Made by a program: the position numbers and the translations under genes
Part shown: in pieces, positions 26,691 through 35,971 of the stretch
Numbering within the stretch: position 1 is the stretch's first letter
Layout of the letters: each line of letters starts with the position of its first letter
Notes under the pieces: generated by a model
Database searches by the model: none
The model's input: the letters and a program-made list of their open reading frames with translations, nothing else
What the model was told of the DNA's origin: nothing
Assembly: GCA_017623815.1 (NCBI GenBank)
Contig: JAGAOK010000011.1
Location: 40,279-104,278 of the forward strand
Origin: Lachnospiraceae bacterium
GTDB lineage: Bacteria; Bacillota; Clostridia; Lachnospirales; Lachnospiraceae
DNA length: 64,000 nucleotides
Direction of reading: 5' to 3'

Positions 26691-27356
26691 TTATGAAAGC
26701 GACTGCAGTAATTCTTCCGTAATGTTTAGATCCTCAAAAACGATCTCTTCGCCTTTTTTGTATGCTATCTGGGAAGCCGCCTGTTTTTTACGTCCCCAGA
26801 ATCCTTTTTCTTTTGTTTTTCCTTTTACATCTCCGATGCGCACAGTCTCAGGATTCATGCCAAGCGCTGCAACAAAATGCGTTCCTCCGTCCGCGCCTGC
26901 ATAAACACTTCCTTCCAGATTTCCGAGTACAATAACATCCTTTTTTGATACCACGCAGCTCCCCTTTTGTACACTTCCGAGGATAATAATACTCTGCTCT
27001 GTCTCAAGAATCGCTTTCCCGGAAAGATTTCCTCTGTAAAACTGCGCCGTATCCTCTCCCAGAATCTGTTCCACGGCACCGACCGCACGATCAAATGCTT
27101 TCTCACTTTTGTCTGATACCACACAGACGATATTGACTGTACTTGTTTCTTTTATCTTGTCCAGTATTGCATTTTCTTCCTCGATGGTATTTTCCCTGCC
27201 TTCAAAAGTAACTGCAAGCTTCGCTTTCCCGAAAAATCTCTCAGAATCTTTGAACTTGTCCTCGATTTCTTCCAAGACTTCTTCTAACTCTGCATCTTCT
27301 TCGATTACGATCTTGATTCCTTTTGTATAACTTTTCAGCCTGACCTTTTCCTTCAT
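26691..27356 (-). CDS. minC: Septum site-determining protein MinC
   Basis: The C-terminal beta-helix repeats (GSVQKGSCVVSKKDVIVLGNLEGSVYAG) mark it as MinC. The ATG at 27356 has the SD GAAGGAAG. The track start at 27389 is a GTG with no SD. Confidence 0.85.
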   Translation of the reverse strand: MKEKVRLKSYTKGIKIVIEEDAELEEVLEEIEDKFKDSERFFGKAKLAVTFEGRENTIEEENAILDKIKETSTVNIVCVVSDKSEKAFDRAVGAVEQILGEDTAQFYRGNLSGKAILETEQSIIILGSVQKGSCVVSKKDVIVLGNLEGSVYAGADGGTHFVAALGMNPETVRIGDVKGKTKEKGFWGRKKQAASQIAYKKGEEIVFEDLNITEELLQSLS

Positions 27357-27381
27357 CTTATCTTCCTTCTTATATTCTGTT

Positions 27382-30249
27382 CTAGTCACCGGTCACCTGG
27401 GTCGCGTTTTCATCTTCTGCCGTTCCTGTAATCAGTGCATCTTCTTCCTCAAGGTCAAAGTAATACATGATTACGTCTTTCGTCATCTGTGCAGCATTAT
27501 CGGAAGCGTATCCATAAGCGATACGCGTGGCAATGGCAATTTCCGGCGCTTCATATGGTGCATAACACACAAAAAGCGCATGATTCGGACGTTTTTTATT
27601 TTCTTGTGCCGTACCGGTTTTTCCGGCCACATTTATCGTAACATTTTCAAAATATGCTTTATCCTGAACCACCTGACGCATTCCGGAATGGATTGCATTC
27701 CATGTAGTCTGTGACAAATCCACTTTATTACGAAGCTGCGGCGAGAAATCCTCTAAAATATTTCCTTCTGAATCCGTCGTTTTGTCAATCAGGCTGAGAT
27801 TGTAGCAATTTCCGTTATTGGCAACGGTCGTAACATAACGGGCGAGGCCGACCGTCGAATAGTTGTTGTTACCCTGTCCGATGGCAGAACGAATCGCATC
27901 AAAATCTGAAACCTTCGGAGCACTCTCTGAAATCTCAATTCCCGTCTTTTCGGACAAACCAAACTGATCCGCATAATATCCCAGTTTTGACAGACCCGTT
28001 TCGCTGTCATAAACCCCGTCCAGACGGCTGAGACGATATCCTGCTTCATAGAAATAACAGTTACAGGAATTTCCGATGGCTCCGGAAATTCCAAGCGGTC
28101 CATGTGCACTCGGCGAAATCCAGCATTTTGCAACCGGCTTAATCGTATCCCAGATTCCGCGACATACGATTTGTTCTGACGGACCAACTACTCCTTCTTC
28201 TAATGCCGTCGCCGCTGATACCATCTTAAATGTCGATCCGGGCGCAGAAAGCTGCTGCGTTGCATAATTCCACATTGGCTGGGACAAATCGTTATATATA
28301 CGATTATAATAATCCGAATCAATGGAATTGGTTAACCGATTATTGTCATATCCCGGATAGGTCACCAGAGCCCGCACTTCTCCTGTTGCAGTATCCGTCA
28401 CCACGCAGGAACCGGAACATGGATCAAGTGCCAGCTGCGCCGGTGTAATATCAAGATTCTTGATTTTATCCATTATAAATGAATATGCGCTCTTGCTTCC
28501 GCTTTGAAGCGCCTGCCATTCTTCATCGGTTCCGTCTATCACATTTTGTTCAAACAACAGCATACACACCTGTTTCCCCGTAATGCGGTCATCCAGCAAC
28601 ATGTATTTATACAGACGTTTGTTAAAATACGAATCAAGCACAATATGCTCCGCAATATAATCTACCAGTTTCAGATATATTTCTTCCGAATCCGAATACT
28701 TTGACTGCAGGTCAAGCTGCGCAATATCAATCCAGCCCTTAGAAATCAGATAATTTAAATATTCTTTCAGACTGATCACTTCATCTTTTTTCCACGCCAG
28801 ATACGTCTCATCTTCTTTATCAATTTCCGCTGTCTTAATAACATTTGCATCTTCCAGCATGGAGACAATTGCAAGCTGATACACCTGATACTCAAGAGAC
28901 ATTTTATCGTAAGGAGTGGCCGTCACAGTCAGCTCTTCCCGAAGTTTCGCAACAACCTCACCCTGTTTTTGTTCAAAAATCTGCTGCACAGCCTGTTCCG
29001 TCTCCTTAGCGCTTTCCTCGGTAAAATGGCCGATATCAATCACACTATTATTAAACAATGCAAAATACACATCATAAATCGGGATTTTAATCTTTGCTGC
29101 GGAAGCATTTTCATCCGGAATATACTCTTTTATATTCTGAATATTAGAAACAAGGATACCGGCAATCTTCTGCTCGAGAAGATTGTAAACTGCCTTTTGC
29201 AGATTCTTATCAATCGTCAGATAGACATCATTTCCTGCAGCAGGCTCTTTTCGGTCACTTGTCTCAATTACTTTTCCGACATTGTCCACATATACAACTT
29301 CAGTTCCTTTTGATCCCTGCAGTGTTTCCTCCATATACTGTTCAATGCCCGCTTTCCCGACAATATCCGTCAGCGAATATTTTTTATTCTTCTCGGACAA
29401 GTCCTCATATTCCTCATTGGATATTTTCCCTATGTAACCAATAAGATGGGAAAAGTATACGCTGTCAACATATTTGCGGACTGTATCCTCTGTTACGGAC
29501 ACACCGTCCAGAATCTGACTGTTTTCCATCACCATGGCTACGGTCTCCTGTGAAACATCCTTGGCTACCGTTGTCGCTATATATTTCTGATATCCGTTCA
29601 GACTCATTGCATAGCGGATGGTCACAATCTGCAGAAGTTTTTCCTTGGTATAACCGCTCCCGACAATAAATCCCGAATCTTTATCATCCGGATCCATATA
29701 CTGTCCGACCTCAAATTTCTTAGGTCCTGCGAGATACTGGATTACCTCGTCCGCCGAAGATGTCCTCTGGGCATACGTCAGTTTATCCACATAAGCCTGT
29801 CCATAGACATCCGCCAAAAAACGGAGAAGCTGTGATCCCTCTACCGTAAATACAAAATTATTATTTTCATCCAAAACAATGTCAAAATCATTTTCGATCC
29901 GGTCTCCGCCCGAATGAATCATATCAATCAGCGTAGCGATTGTATCGTTCAGTCTCTTATTTTTTCCGCTCCCGGACTCGTACACGTCTTCAATAGTAAC
30001 CGAATAGGCCAACTCATTGTAGGCGAGCAGTTCTCCGTTTTTGTCAAAAATATTTCCTCGCGTACTCGGAATCGTTCTTTCTTTGCGGATCGTTAGTTTA
30101 AAATTATTCAGATACTCACTTCCGTGTACAATCTGCAGATCAAACAAACGATATACAAGAACACCAAATAGCGCAAAAAACACAAGAATCAGAACAAAAA
30201 TTCTGGATGTTATCATATTAAGAACAGATTCTTTGATCGATCTAAGCAA
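27382..30249 (-). CDS. mrdA: Class B penicillin-binding protein 2 (elongasome transpeptidase), unusually long
   Basis: 955 aa with an N-terminal TM segment, a pedestal domain, STFK (Ser about residue 672), SCN and KTGTA. It sits between minC and mreD. Confidence 0.85.
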   Translation of the reverse strand: MLRSIKESVLNMITSRIFVLILVFFALFGVLVYRLFDLQIVHGSEYLNNFKLTIRKERTIPSTRGNIFDKNGELLAYNELAYSVTIEDVYESGSGKNKRLNDTIATLIDMIHSGGDRIENDFDIVLDENNNFVFTVEGSQLLRFLADVYGQAYVDKLTYAQRTSSADEVIQYLAGPKKFEVGQYMDPDDKDSGFIVGSGYTKEKLLQIVTIRYAMSLNGYQKYIATTVAKDVSQETVAMVMENSQILDGVSVTEDTVRKYVDSVYFSHLIGYIGKISNEEYEDLSEKNKKYSLTDIVGKAGIEQYMEETLQGSKGTEVVYVDNVGKVIETSDRKEPAAGNDVYLTIDKNLQKAVYNLLEQKIAGILVSNIQNIKEYIPDENASAAKIKIPIYDVYFALFNNSVIDIGHFTEESAKETEQAVQQIFEQKQGEVVAKLREELTVTATPYDKMSLEYQVYQLAIVSMLEDANVIKTAEIDKEDETYLAWKKDEVISLKEYLNYLISKGWIDIAQLDLQSKYSDSEEIYLKLVDYIAEHIVLDSYFNKRLYKYMLLDDRITGKQVCMLLFEQNVIDGTDEEWQALQSGSKSAYSFIMDKIKNLDITPAQLALDPCSGSCVVTDTATGEVRALVTYPGYDNNRLTNSIDSDYYNRIYNDLSQPMWNYATQQLSAPGSTFKMVSAATALEEGVVGPSEQIVCRGIWDTIKPVAKCWISPSAHGPLGISGAIGNSCNCYFYEAGYRLSRLDGVYDSETGLSKLGYYADQFGLSEKTGIEISESAPKVSDFDAIRSAIGQGNNNYSTVGLARYVTTVANNGNCYNLSLIDKTTDSEGNILEDFSPQLRNKVDLSQTTWNAIHSGMRQVVQDKAYFENVTINVAGKTGTAQENKKRPNHALFVCYAPYEAPEIAIATRIAYGYASDNAAQMTKDVIMYYFDLEEEDALITGTAEDENATQVTGD

Positions 30250-30760
30250 AACTATCCTCGCTCCTTTTTTCCTGCTGTTCTAATTTTCCTGTTACATACC
30301 GAATAAATGGATATAACATCAGCGTTATCACTATGGTATATACCACTTCCGGTATCATAATCGTTTTTAAATAGTGTATAAAGTGAAATCTTCCCCTGAG
30401 CAAAAAAAGCAGCACATAATAGGTAAGCCCAAACACAAGATCACTGGAGGTGATTAAAACCAGCGGAAGTTTAATATCATCTTTATAAAAGATTTGTTTG
30501 AAGTTACCGTTTATGTAACCGATATACATGTAAATAAGTGCATGGAAACAAAGCACATCCCCAAAAAAGATGTCATAAAGCAGCCCCGAAGTAAAACCGA
30601 CGAAAAGACCACAGGTTCTTCCGCACATAAATCCAAACGCCGCCGTAATAATTATCAGCAGATTTGGGGAAATCCCACCAAATGATAACGTATGGAACAA
30701 GGTAGACTGAAGTACAAAACATACAATCACCATGACCGCTATAAAAATATTACGTTTCAT
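30242..30760 (-). CDS. mreD: Rod shape-determining protein MreD
   Basis: 172 aa polytopic protein, positioned after mreC. Confidence 0.8.
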   Translation of the reverse strand: MKRNIFIAVMVIVCFVLQSTLFHTLSFGGISPNLLIIITAAFGFMCGRTCGLFVGFTSGLLYDIFFGDVLCFHALIYMYIGYINGNFKQIFYKDDIKLPLVLITSSDLVFGLTYYVLLFLLRGRFHFIHYLKTIMIPEVVYTIVITLMLYPFIRYVTGKLEQQEKRSEDSFA

Positions 30761-30763
30761 ATT

Positions 30764-31627
30764 TTATTCCTCTTGTGAATAATCCTTTTTCTGATCCAGA
30801 ATGACAAGCACTTCTTCGAGATGTGCAAAATCCACTGCCGGAGTTAAATATCCGGAGCTGGTCAGATTATTTGCATCAGCACTGATCGTAGATATGTATC
30901 CGATCAAAATTCCCGGAAGATACTTGGTACTGATATGCGAAGTCACAACTTTATCGCCTTCTTTTACCTGCACATCACCGTTAATCAGCTTTGAAAACGT
31001 GATAACTCCCTGATTCATGGTTTCCAGATTCCCCTGTACCATACAGGAGTCTTCGGTGGAAAGTACCGTCGCACTGACATTGGAATTGTCATTGATAACA
31101 GAAACCACTTTCGACCATTCATTTCCAACCTCCGTAACACGTCCGACAAGGCCGCTTCCGGCCATGACATTCATATCCACTTCAATTCCGTCATCGCTTC
31201 CTTTATCGATGATAAAGGTATGGAACCAGTTACCGGATTCTTTGGCCACAACACGCGCACCGATCTTCTTATAATCCGCATATTCCTGATCAAGTTTATA
31301 AAGCTGACGCAGATTGTTCAGTTCATATTTATCCTGCTGAAGGGAGTTGTTTTCTATCGTAAGCGCATCCACCTGTTTCTGCAGCCTTTCATTTTCTGCC
31401 AGCACATCCTTTAAGGATTTCAGTTCCTCCGAGCGGTCAGACATCCAGCTTCCTACCCTGCTGACACCTGATTGAAACGGAATAATGACAGCTCCGGCAA
31501 AATTGCTAAGCGGAGCTGCAAAAAAATCAGTAAAAAATGTGATTGCCATAAACAGAATACAGATAACCGTCATGATCAGCAATAAGTATTTACTTGGAAT
31601 CGTAAACTTCTGCCGTTTTCGTCTCAT
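30764..31627 (-). CDS. mreC: Rod shape-determining protein MreC
   Basis: 287 aa with a TM segment, a coiled coil, and beta-barrel domains (GLVGRVTEV). Confidence 0.9.
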   Translation of the reverse strand: MRRKRQKFTIPSKYLLLIMTVICILFMAITFFTDFFAAPLSNFAGAVIIPFQSGVSRVGSWMSDRSEELKSLKDVLAENERLQKQVDALTIENNSLQQDKYELNNLRQLYKLDQEYADYKKIGARVVAKESGNWFHTFIIDKGSDDGIEVDMNVMAGSGLVGRVTEVGNEWSKVVSVINDNSNVSATVLSTEDSCMVQGNLETMNQGVITFSKLINGDVQVKEGDKVVTSHISTKYLPGILIGYISTISADANNLTSSGYLTPAVDFAHLEEVLVILDQKKDYSQEE

Positions 31628-32646
31628 TATCTTCCTCCGTTACCCATTCCTTCAATAGAGTATGCTACTGTTTTATAATTATCTTCTTTGATGATCTTGG
31701 CAAGTCCGAGGGCAACACTTTCCACCGGTGTATCGGACACATTCACCTTAAGTCCTGTTCCGTTACTTATCATCTGACTTAAGTGCCCTACCTGACTGGC
31801 ACCTCCTGTCAGATAAATACCCTGTCTGTAAATATCCGCTGCAAGTTCAGGCGGAGTTCTTTCGAGAATCACTTTTACATTATCAATAATGGTATTAAAA
31901 TGCTCTATGAGACATTCCACAATCAGAGCCGTCGGAATCTCTCTTTCTACCGGAAGTCCGGTTACAATATCCCGGCCGTATACCACCGCACCTTTTCCTT
32001 CTTCCTCAAGCTGCGACAATGAAATTTTTACCTTTTCAGCTGTCTTTCCGCCGATAATCAGATTAAACTCTTTTCTTACTGCATTACGGATTGCATCGTC
32101 AAATTTCTGTCCGCCGACCTTAATCAGTTTGCTAAGTACAATACCTCCGAGTGACAAGATAGAAATCTCTGTTGTATCGTATCCGACATCGACAACTAAA
32201 ACCCCCTGTGAGTTCTTAACATCAATTCCGAGTCCGAGGCCATCCGCAATTGCCTTCTCCACAACCATGACTTTTCTGGCTTTTACATTGGCGTTTTTGA
32301 CAAGATCATAAAACGCTCTCTTTTCTACCTCCGTTACATCCGTCGGAACCGCAATAAAATAATCCGCCGGTTTCACCGAACCTTCACACAGATCGGTAAT
32401 AAAACATTTGACAAGTGTCTGCATATTTTTAATGTCCGCAATCACACCGTTACAAAGTGGATAGGAAATATGAATATTTGCCGGTGCTTTCTCATACATA
32501 TCAAAAGCGGCATCTCCATACGCGAACAGATAATCCTTGTTTTCAATCGCAATGATGTTTTTCTGACAAAAAACACTCTCATTCCCTTTTTCATAAATTT
32601 TAATGTTACAGGTACCTAAGTCAATACCATATGCACTCGAAGCCAT
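31627..32646 (-). CDS. mreB: Rod shape-determining actin homolog MreB
   Basis: 339 aa with GIDLGTCNIKIY and the actin-fold motifs. Confidence 0.95.
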   Translation of the reverse strand: MASSAYGIDLGTCNIKIYEKGNESVFCQKNIIAIENKDYLFAYGDAAFDMYEKAPANIHISYPLCNGVIADIKNMQTLVKCFITDLCEGSVKPADYFIAVPTDVTEVEKRAFYDLVKNANVKARKVMVVEKAIADGLGLGIDVKNSQGVLVVDVGYDTTEISILSLGGIVLSKLIKVGGQKFDDAIRNAVRKEFNLIIGGKTAEKVKISLSQLEEEGKGAVVYGRDIVTGLPVEREIPTALIVECLIEHFNTIIDNVKVILERTPPELAADIYRQGIYLTGGASQVGHLSQMISNGTGLKVNVSDTPVESVALGLAKIIKEDNYKTVAYSIEGMGNGGR

Positions 32647-33335
32647 TATAAAACTCCTTTCTCTCTTAAGCTTATGTACGTATTATCCCCGATAATAATA
32701 TGGTCAAGCAGGGGGATTTCCATAATGGATGCTGCCTCTTTCAGGCTCTGTGTCAGCCGGATGTCTTCCCGGCTCGGAGACGGATCTCCGCTTGGATGAT
32801 TGTGAAGCAGTATGACCGACGCCGCATTGCACAAAAGTGCCTGTCTGAAAATTTCTCTGGCTGACATAATCGAGCAGTTTAAATTGCCGATGGAAAGCCG
32901 GACATCCATAATTCGACTGTCTTTATTGTCCACAAACACCGCAATGCAGTGTTCCTGCTCCAGGTGGCGCATCTGCTCCATATAAGCCTGTGCGACCTCT
33001 CCCGGATGTCTGAAACAAACATCCTTTTTTACTTTTGCATTTGCAATGCGCGTAGATAACTCCGCGATTGCTTTGAGTTTGATTGCTTTTACTTCTCCGA
33101 TTCCGACAATCTGTTTAAGCTGGTCAATCGTGACATGATGCAGTCCTTCAATACCGCGCTGCTTGCCGCAAAGATCTAAAACTCTGCACGCCAGTGTCAC
33201 CGCATCCTCACCCCTTGTCCCGGTACGTAAAATAATGGCAAGGAGTTCTTCATCACTTAACGACTGTGCTCCGTATTTCAGAAATTTGTCGTAGGGAAGA
33301 AGCTGAATCTTTCCGTTTTCTTTCTTTTGATACAT
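32646..33335 (-). CDS. radC: RadC-family JAB-domain protein
   Basis: 229 aa with the JAMM motif HNHPSGDPSPS and an HhH region. Confidence 0.9.
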   Translation of the reverse strand: MYQKKENGKIQLLPYDKFLKYGAQSLSDEELLAIILRTGTRGEDAVTLACRVLDLCGKQRGIEGLHHVTIDQLKQIVGIGEVKAIKLKAIAELSTRIANAKVKKDVCFRHPGEVAQAYMEQMRHLEQEHCIAVFVDNKDSRIMDVRLSIGNLNCSIMSAREIFRQALLCNAASVILLHNHPSGDPSPSREDIRLTQSLKEAASIMEIPLLDHIIIGDNTYISLREKGVL

Positions 33336-33369
33336 AGTCTGTCCATATCATCTTGTGCACAGACAAATC

Positions 33370-33609
33370 CTATAAAAAGCGATAAATAATAATCCCGATA
33401 ACGATTCCGAGAATGCTGGCAACCGTAATCTTAATCGTCAGCCCGAACGTCAGGACCAAAATCCCGAGATCGAGCACAACCGGCGACGACAGACCGAAAC
33501 TCTGCCCGTAATTCAGAAACGAATTCGGGAACAGAGAACCGACAAATCCTCCGATCACAATACCTGCCAGAATCATCAAAAAACAGGCCCAATTGTTTTT
33601 CCCTTTCAT
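33370..33609 (-). CDS. Small membrane protein (DUF4321-like)
   Basis: 79 aa with two TM segments, in the conserved position next to radC/mreB in Clostridia. Confidence 0.55.
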   Translation of the reverse strand: MKGKNNWACFLMILAGIVIGGFVGSLFPNSFLNYGQSFGLSSPVVLDLGILVLTFGLTIKITVASILGIVIGIIIYRFL

Positions 33610-33700
33610 TTGTATCCTCCAGATTTCATTTGCAAAACACTAGATACATCTTAACACACCACAAAAAGTATGTATATAAAATTCGTGGTTTTTTTTTCGA

Positions 33701-35008
33701 CTAAAAATCTGTTATTTTGAGTTTTGCCGGATCAATTACCCCGTCATCCTTCATGCTCTGCAGGGTTCTGAGCATTCCGTATTTTGCATGCGGGAAGGTA
33801 AGTCCCCCCTGCATATACACCGCATAAGGAGGCTTGATAGGACCATCCGCTGACAGTTCAATGGAAGATCCTGAAACAAAGGCTCCGGCCGCCATAATGA
33901 CAGGTGCATCATACCCCGGCATATCCCAAGGCTCCGGAGTTACAAAACTATCCACCGGTGCCGCTGCCTGAATTCCTTTGCAAAATGAAATCACACCTTC
34001 CGGATTCCCGAAGGTAATCGCCTGAATAATATCAAAACGTTCTTCCGTCGCATTCGGAACCACATGATATCCGAGTCTTTCATAAATATTGGCCGCAAAA
34101 ATGGCTCCCTTGAGCGCAGATGCCGTAACCGTCGGTGCTAAAAACAGTCCCTCATAGAAGGAAGAGAGCACTCCAAGAGACGCTCCCACCTCTTTTCCGA
34201 GTCCCGGTGAAGTCAGCCGGTATGCTGCGTTTTCCACGCATTCTTTTTTTCCTGCAATATATCCGCCGATCGGTGCCAGACCGCCGCCCGGATTTTTTAT
34301 CAGGGATCCTACCACCATATCCGCTCCGACATCCGTCGGTTCTATGCGCTGTACAAATTCTCCGTAGCAGTTGTCAACCATACAGATGATTTCCGGCTTG
34401 ATGTTTTTTATAAATGAAATCAGTTCTCCGATTCGTTCCACGGACAGGGTCTTTCTCGGCTCATACCCCTTGGATCTTTGGATGGTTACCATCTTTGTTT
34501 TTTCATTGATTGCATTTTTGATTCCGTCCCAGTCAAACTCACCGCCATCCAGAAGGTCTACCTGACGATAGCTGATTCCGTATTCACGCAGAGAACCTCT
34601 GGAAGGACGGATTCCGATTACCTCCTCCAGCGTATCATACGGTTTTCCGACCGGTGAAAGCAGTTCATCTCCCGGGCGCAGATTGCTCATCAGCGCAAGG
34701 GCAAGCGCATGCGTTCCGCAGGTAATCTGCGGACGTACCAGCGCATCTTCCGCATGAAACAGATTGGCATATACCTGCTCCAGCGTATCGCGACCGATGT
34801 CATTATAGCCATATCCGGTCGTTCCGAGCAGACACGCTTCGCTCACCTTTGCGTCCTGCATGGCTTTTACCACCTTAAGCTGATTATATTCCGCCGTTTC
34901 GTCGATTTTTGCGAACCTTTCTTTGCATTCCTCCAAAATCTTTTCCCCAAACGCAAGCACATCTGCGTCAATGGAAAGACCTTTGTATATATCCTGTAAT
35001 TGTGTCAT
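33701..35008 (-). CDS. Methionine gamma-lyase family / 'aluminium resistance' protein (YnbB-like PLP enzyme)
   Basis: 435 aa. GYGYNDIGRD and the SLIKNPGGG region are typical of this family, and it follows miaA. Confidence 0.8.
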   Translation of the reverse strand: MTQLQDIYKGLSIDADVLAFGEKILEECKERFAKIDETAEYNQLKVVKAMQDAKVSEACLLGTTGYGYNDIGRDTLEQVYANLFHAEDALVRPQITCGTHALALALMSNLRPGDELLSPVGKPYDTLEEVIGIRPSRGSLREYGISYRQVDLLDGGEFDWDGIKNAINEKTKMVTIQRSKGYEPRKTLSVERIGELISFIKNIKPEIICMVDNCYGEFVQRIEPTDVGADMVVGSLIKNPGGGLAPIGGYIAGKKECVENAAYRLTSPGLGKEVGASLGVLSSFYEGLFLAPTVTASALKGAIFAANIYERLGYHVVPNATEERFDIIQAITFGNPEGVISFCKGIQAAAPVDSFVTPEPWDMPGYDAPVIMAAGAFVSGSSIELSADGPIKPPYAVYMQGGLTFPHAKYGMLRTLQSMKDDGVIDPAKLKITDF

Positions 35009-35967
35009 TTTTCTTCCTCCGAAATCTTTCTTTTTTTCAGTTCTGACAGCATGTAAGCAAGCAGTTTTTCATCTTCCGGTCCAAGTTGCTGTCTCGGTAC
35101 CCAGACTACCTCTTTTTCTCTTTTAAACCAGGTAATCTGCCTCTTTGCAAAATGTCTGGTATCTCGCTTAATCAGGTAAATTGCTCTTTCCAGATCAATC
35201 TCCCCCTGCAGATAATCAATAATTTCCTTGTAGCCAAGTCCCTGCATGGCAGTACTTTCTCGCCTGCATCCCATAGCCTGCAACTGTTTTACTTCTTCTA
35301 CCAGCCCTGCTTCCAGCATAAGATCCACCCTTTGGTCAATCCTCTCATATAATTTTGCGCGGTCATCATTCAGCACAAAATAGCAGAAATTATACGGGGA
35401 TTCCTTGGCACGCTGCTCCTTATTGTGCTCCGAAATCTTTTCACCGGTCTGTCTGAAGTATTCAATGGCACGGATCACGCGTTTTACATTATTTTCATGG
35501 ATTTCTTCCGCCGCCTGCGGATCCACTTCACGAAGCATTTCATGCAGCACATGTGCTCCCTGTGTTTTCGCCAGTTCCTCTAATTGTATTCTAAGGTCAC
35601 TGTCCTCTTGTGACTGTGTAAAATCAATATCGTACAGAACCGCCTGAATATAAAAACCGGTTCCTCCGACAATGACGGGAATATGTCCTCTTTCGTAAAT
35701 CTCCTGCATTTTGACTTTTGCCATCTGTAAAAACCGATAGACATCAAAATCCTCTGTCGGATTTAAAACATCAATCAAATGATGGACAACCCCATCCATC
35801 TCCTGTGGCATGATCTTTGCCGATCCAATGTCCATATATTTATAAACCTGCATAGAATCGGCGGAGATAATCTCTCCGCCTATCCGCTTTGCAAGCTCAA
35901 TGGATAACTTTGTTTTGCCGACCGCTGTCGGTCCGGTCAATATAACCAACTTCTTCTTTTCTGTCAT
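35005..35967 (-). CDS. miaA: tRNA dimethylallyltransferase
   Basis: The P-loop GPTAVGKT is present. The ATG at 35967 (MTEKKKLVIL) is preferred over the 36000 start. Confidence 0.92.
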   Translation of the reverse strand: MTEKKKLVILTGPTAVGKTKLSIELAKRIGGEIISADSMQVYKYMDIGSAKIMPQEMDGVVHHLIDVLNPTEDFDVYRFLQMAKVKMQEIYERGHIPVIVGGTGFYIQAVLYDIDFTQSQEDSDLRIQLEELAKTQGAHVLHEMLREVDPQAAEEIHENNVKRVIRAIEYFRQTGEKISEHNKEQRAKESPYNFCYFVLNDDRAKLYERIDQRVDLMLEAGLVEEVKQLQAMGCRRESTAMQGLGYKEIIDYLQGEIDLERAIYLIKRDTRHFAKRQITWFKREKEVVWVPRQQLGPEDEKLLAYMLSELKKRKISEEEK

Positions 35968-35971
35968 ACTC

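Noticed and set aside
33610-33700. A possible terminator or small RNA between the ynbB-like gene and the DUF4321 gene (CCAC...GTGG followed by T9).
   Set aside because: The stem is only 4-5 bp with a loop of about 22 nt, and the T-run is on the plus strand, opposite to all flanking genes.
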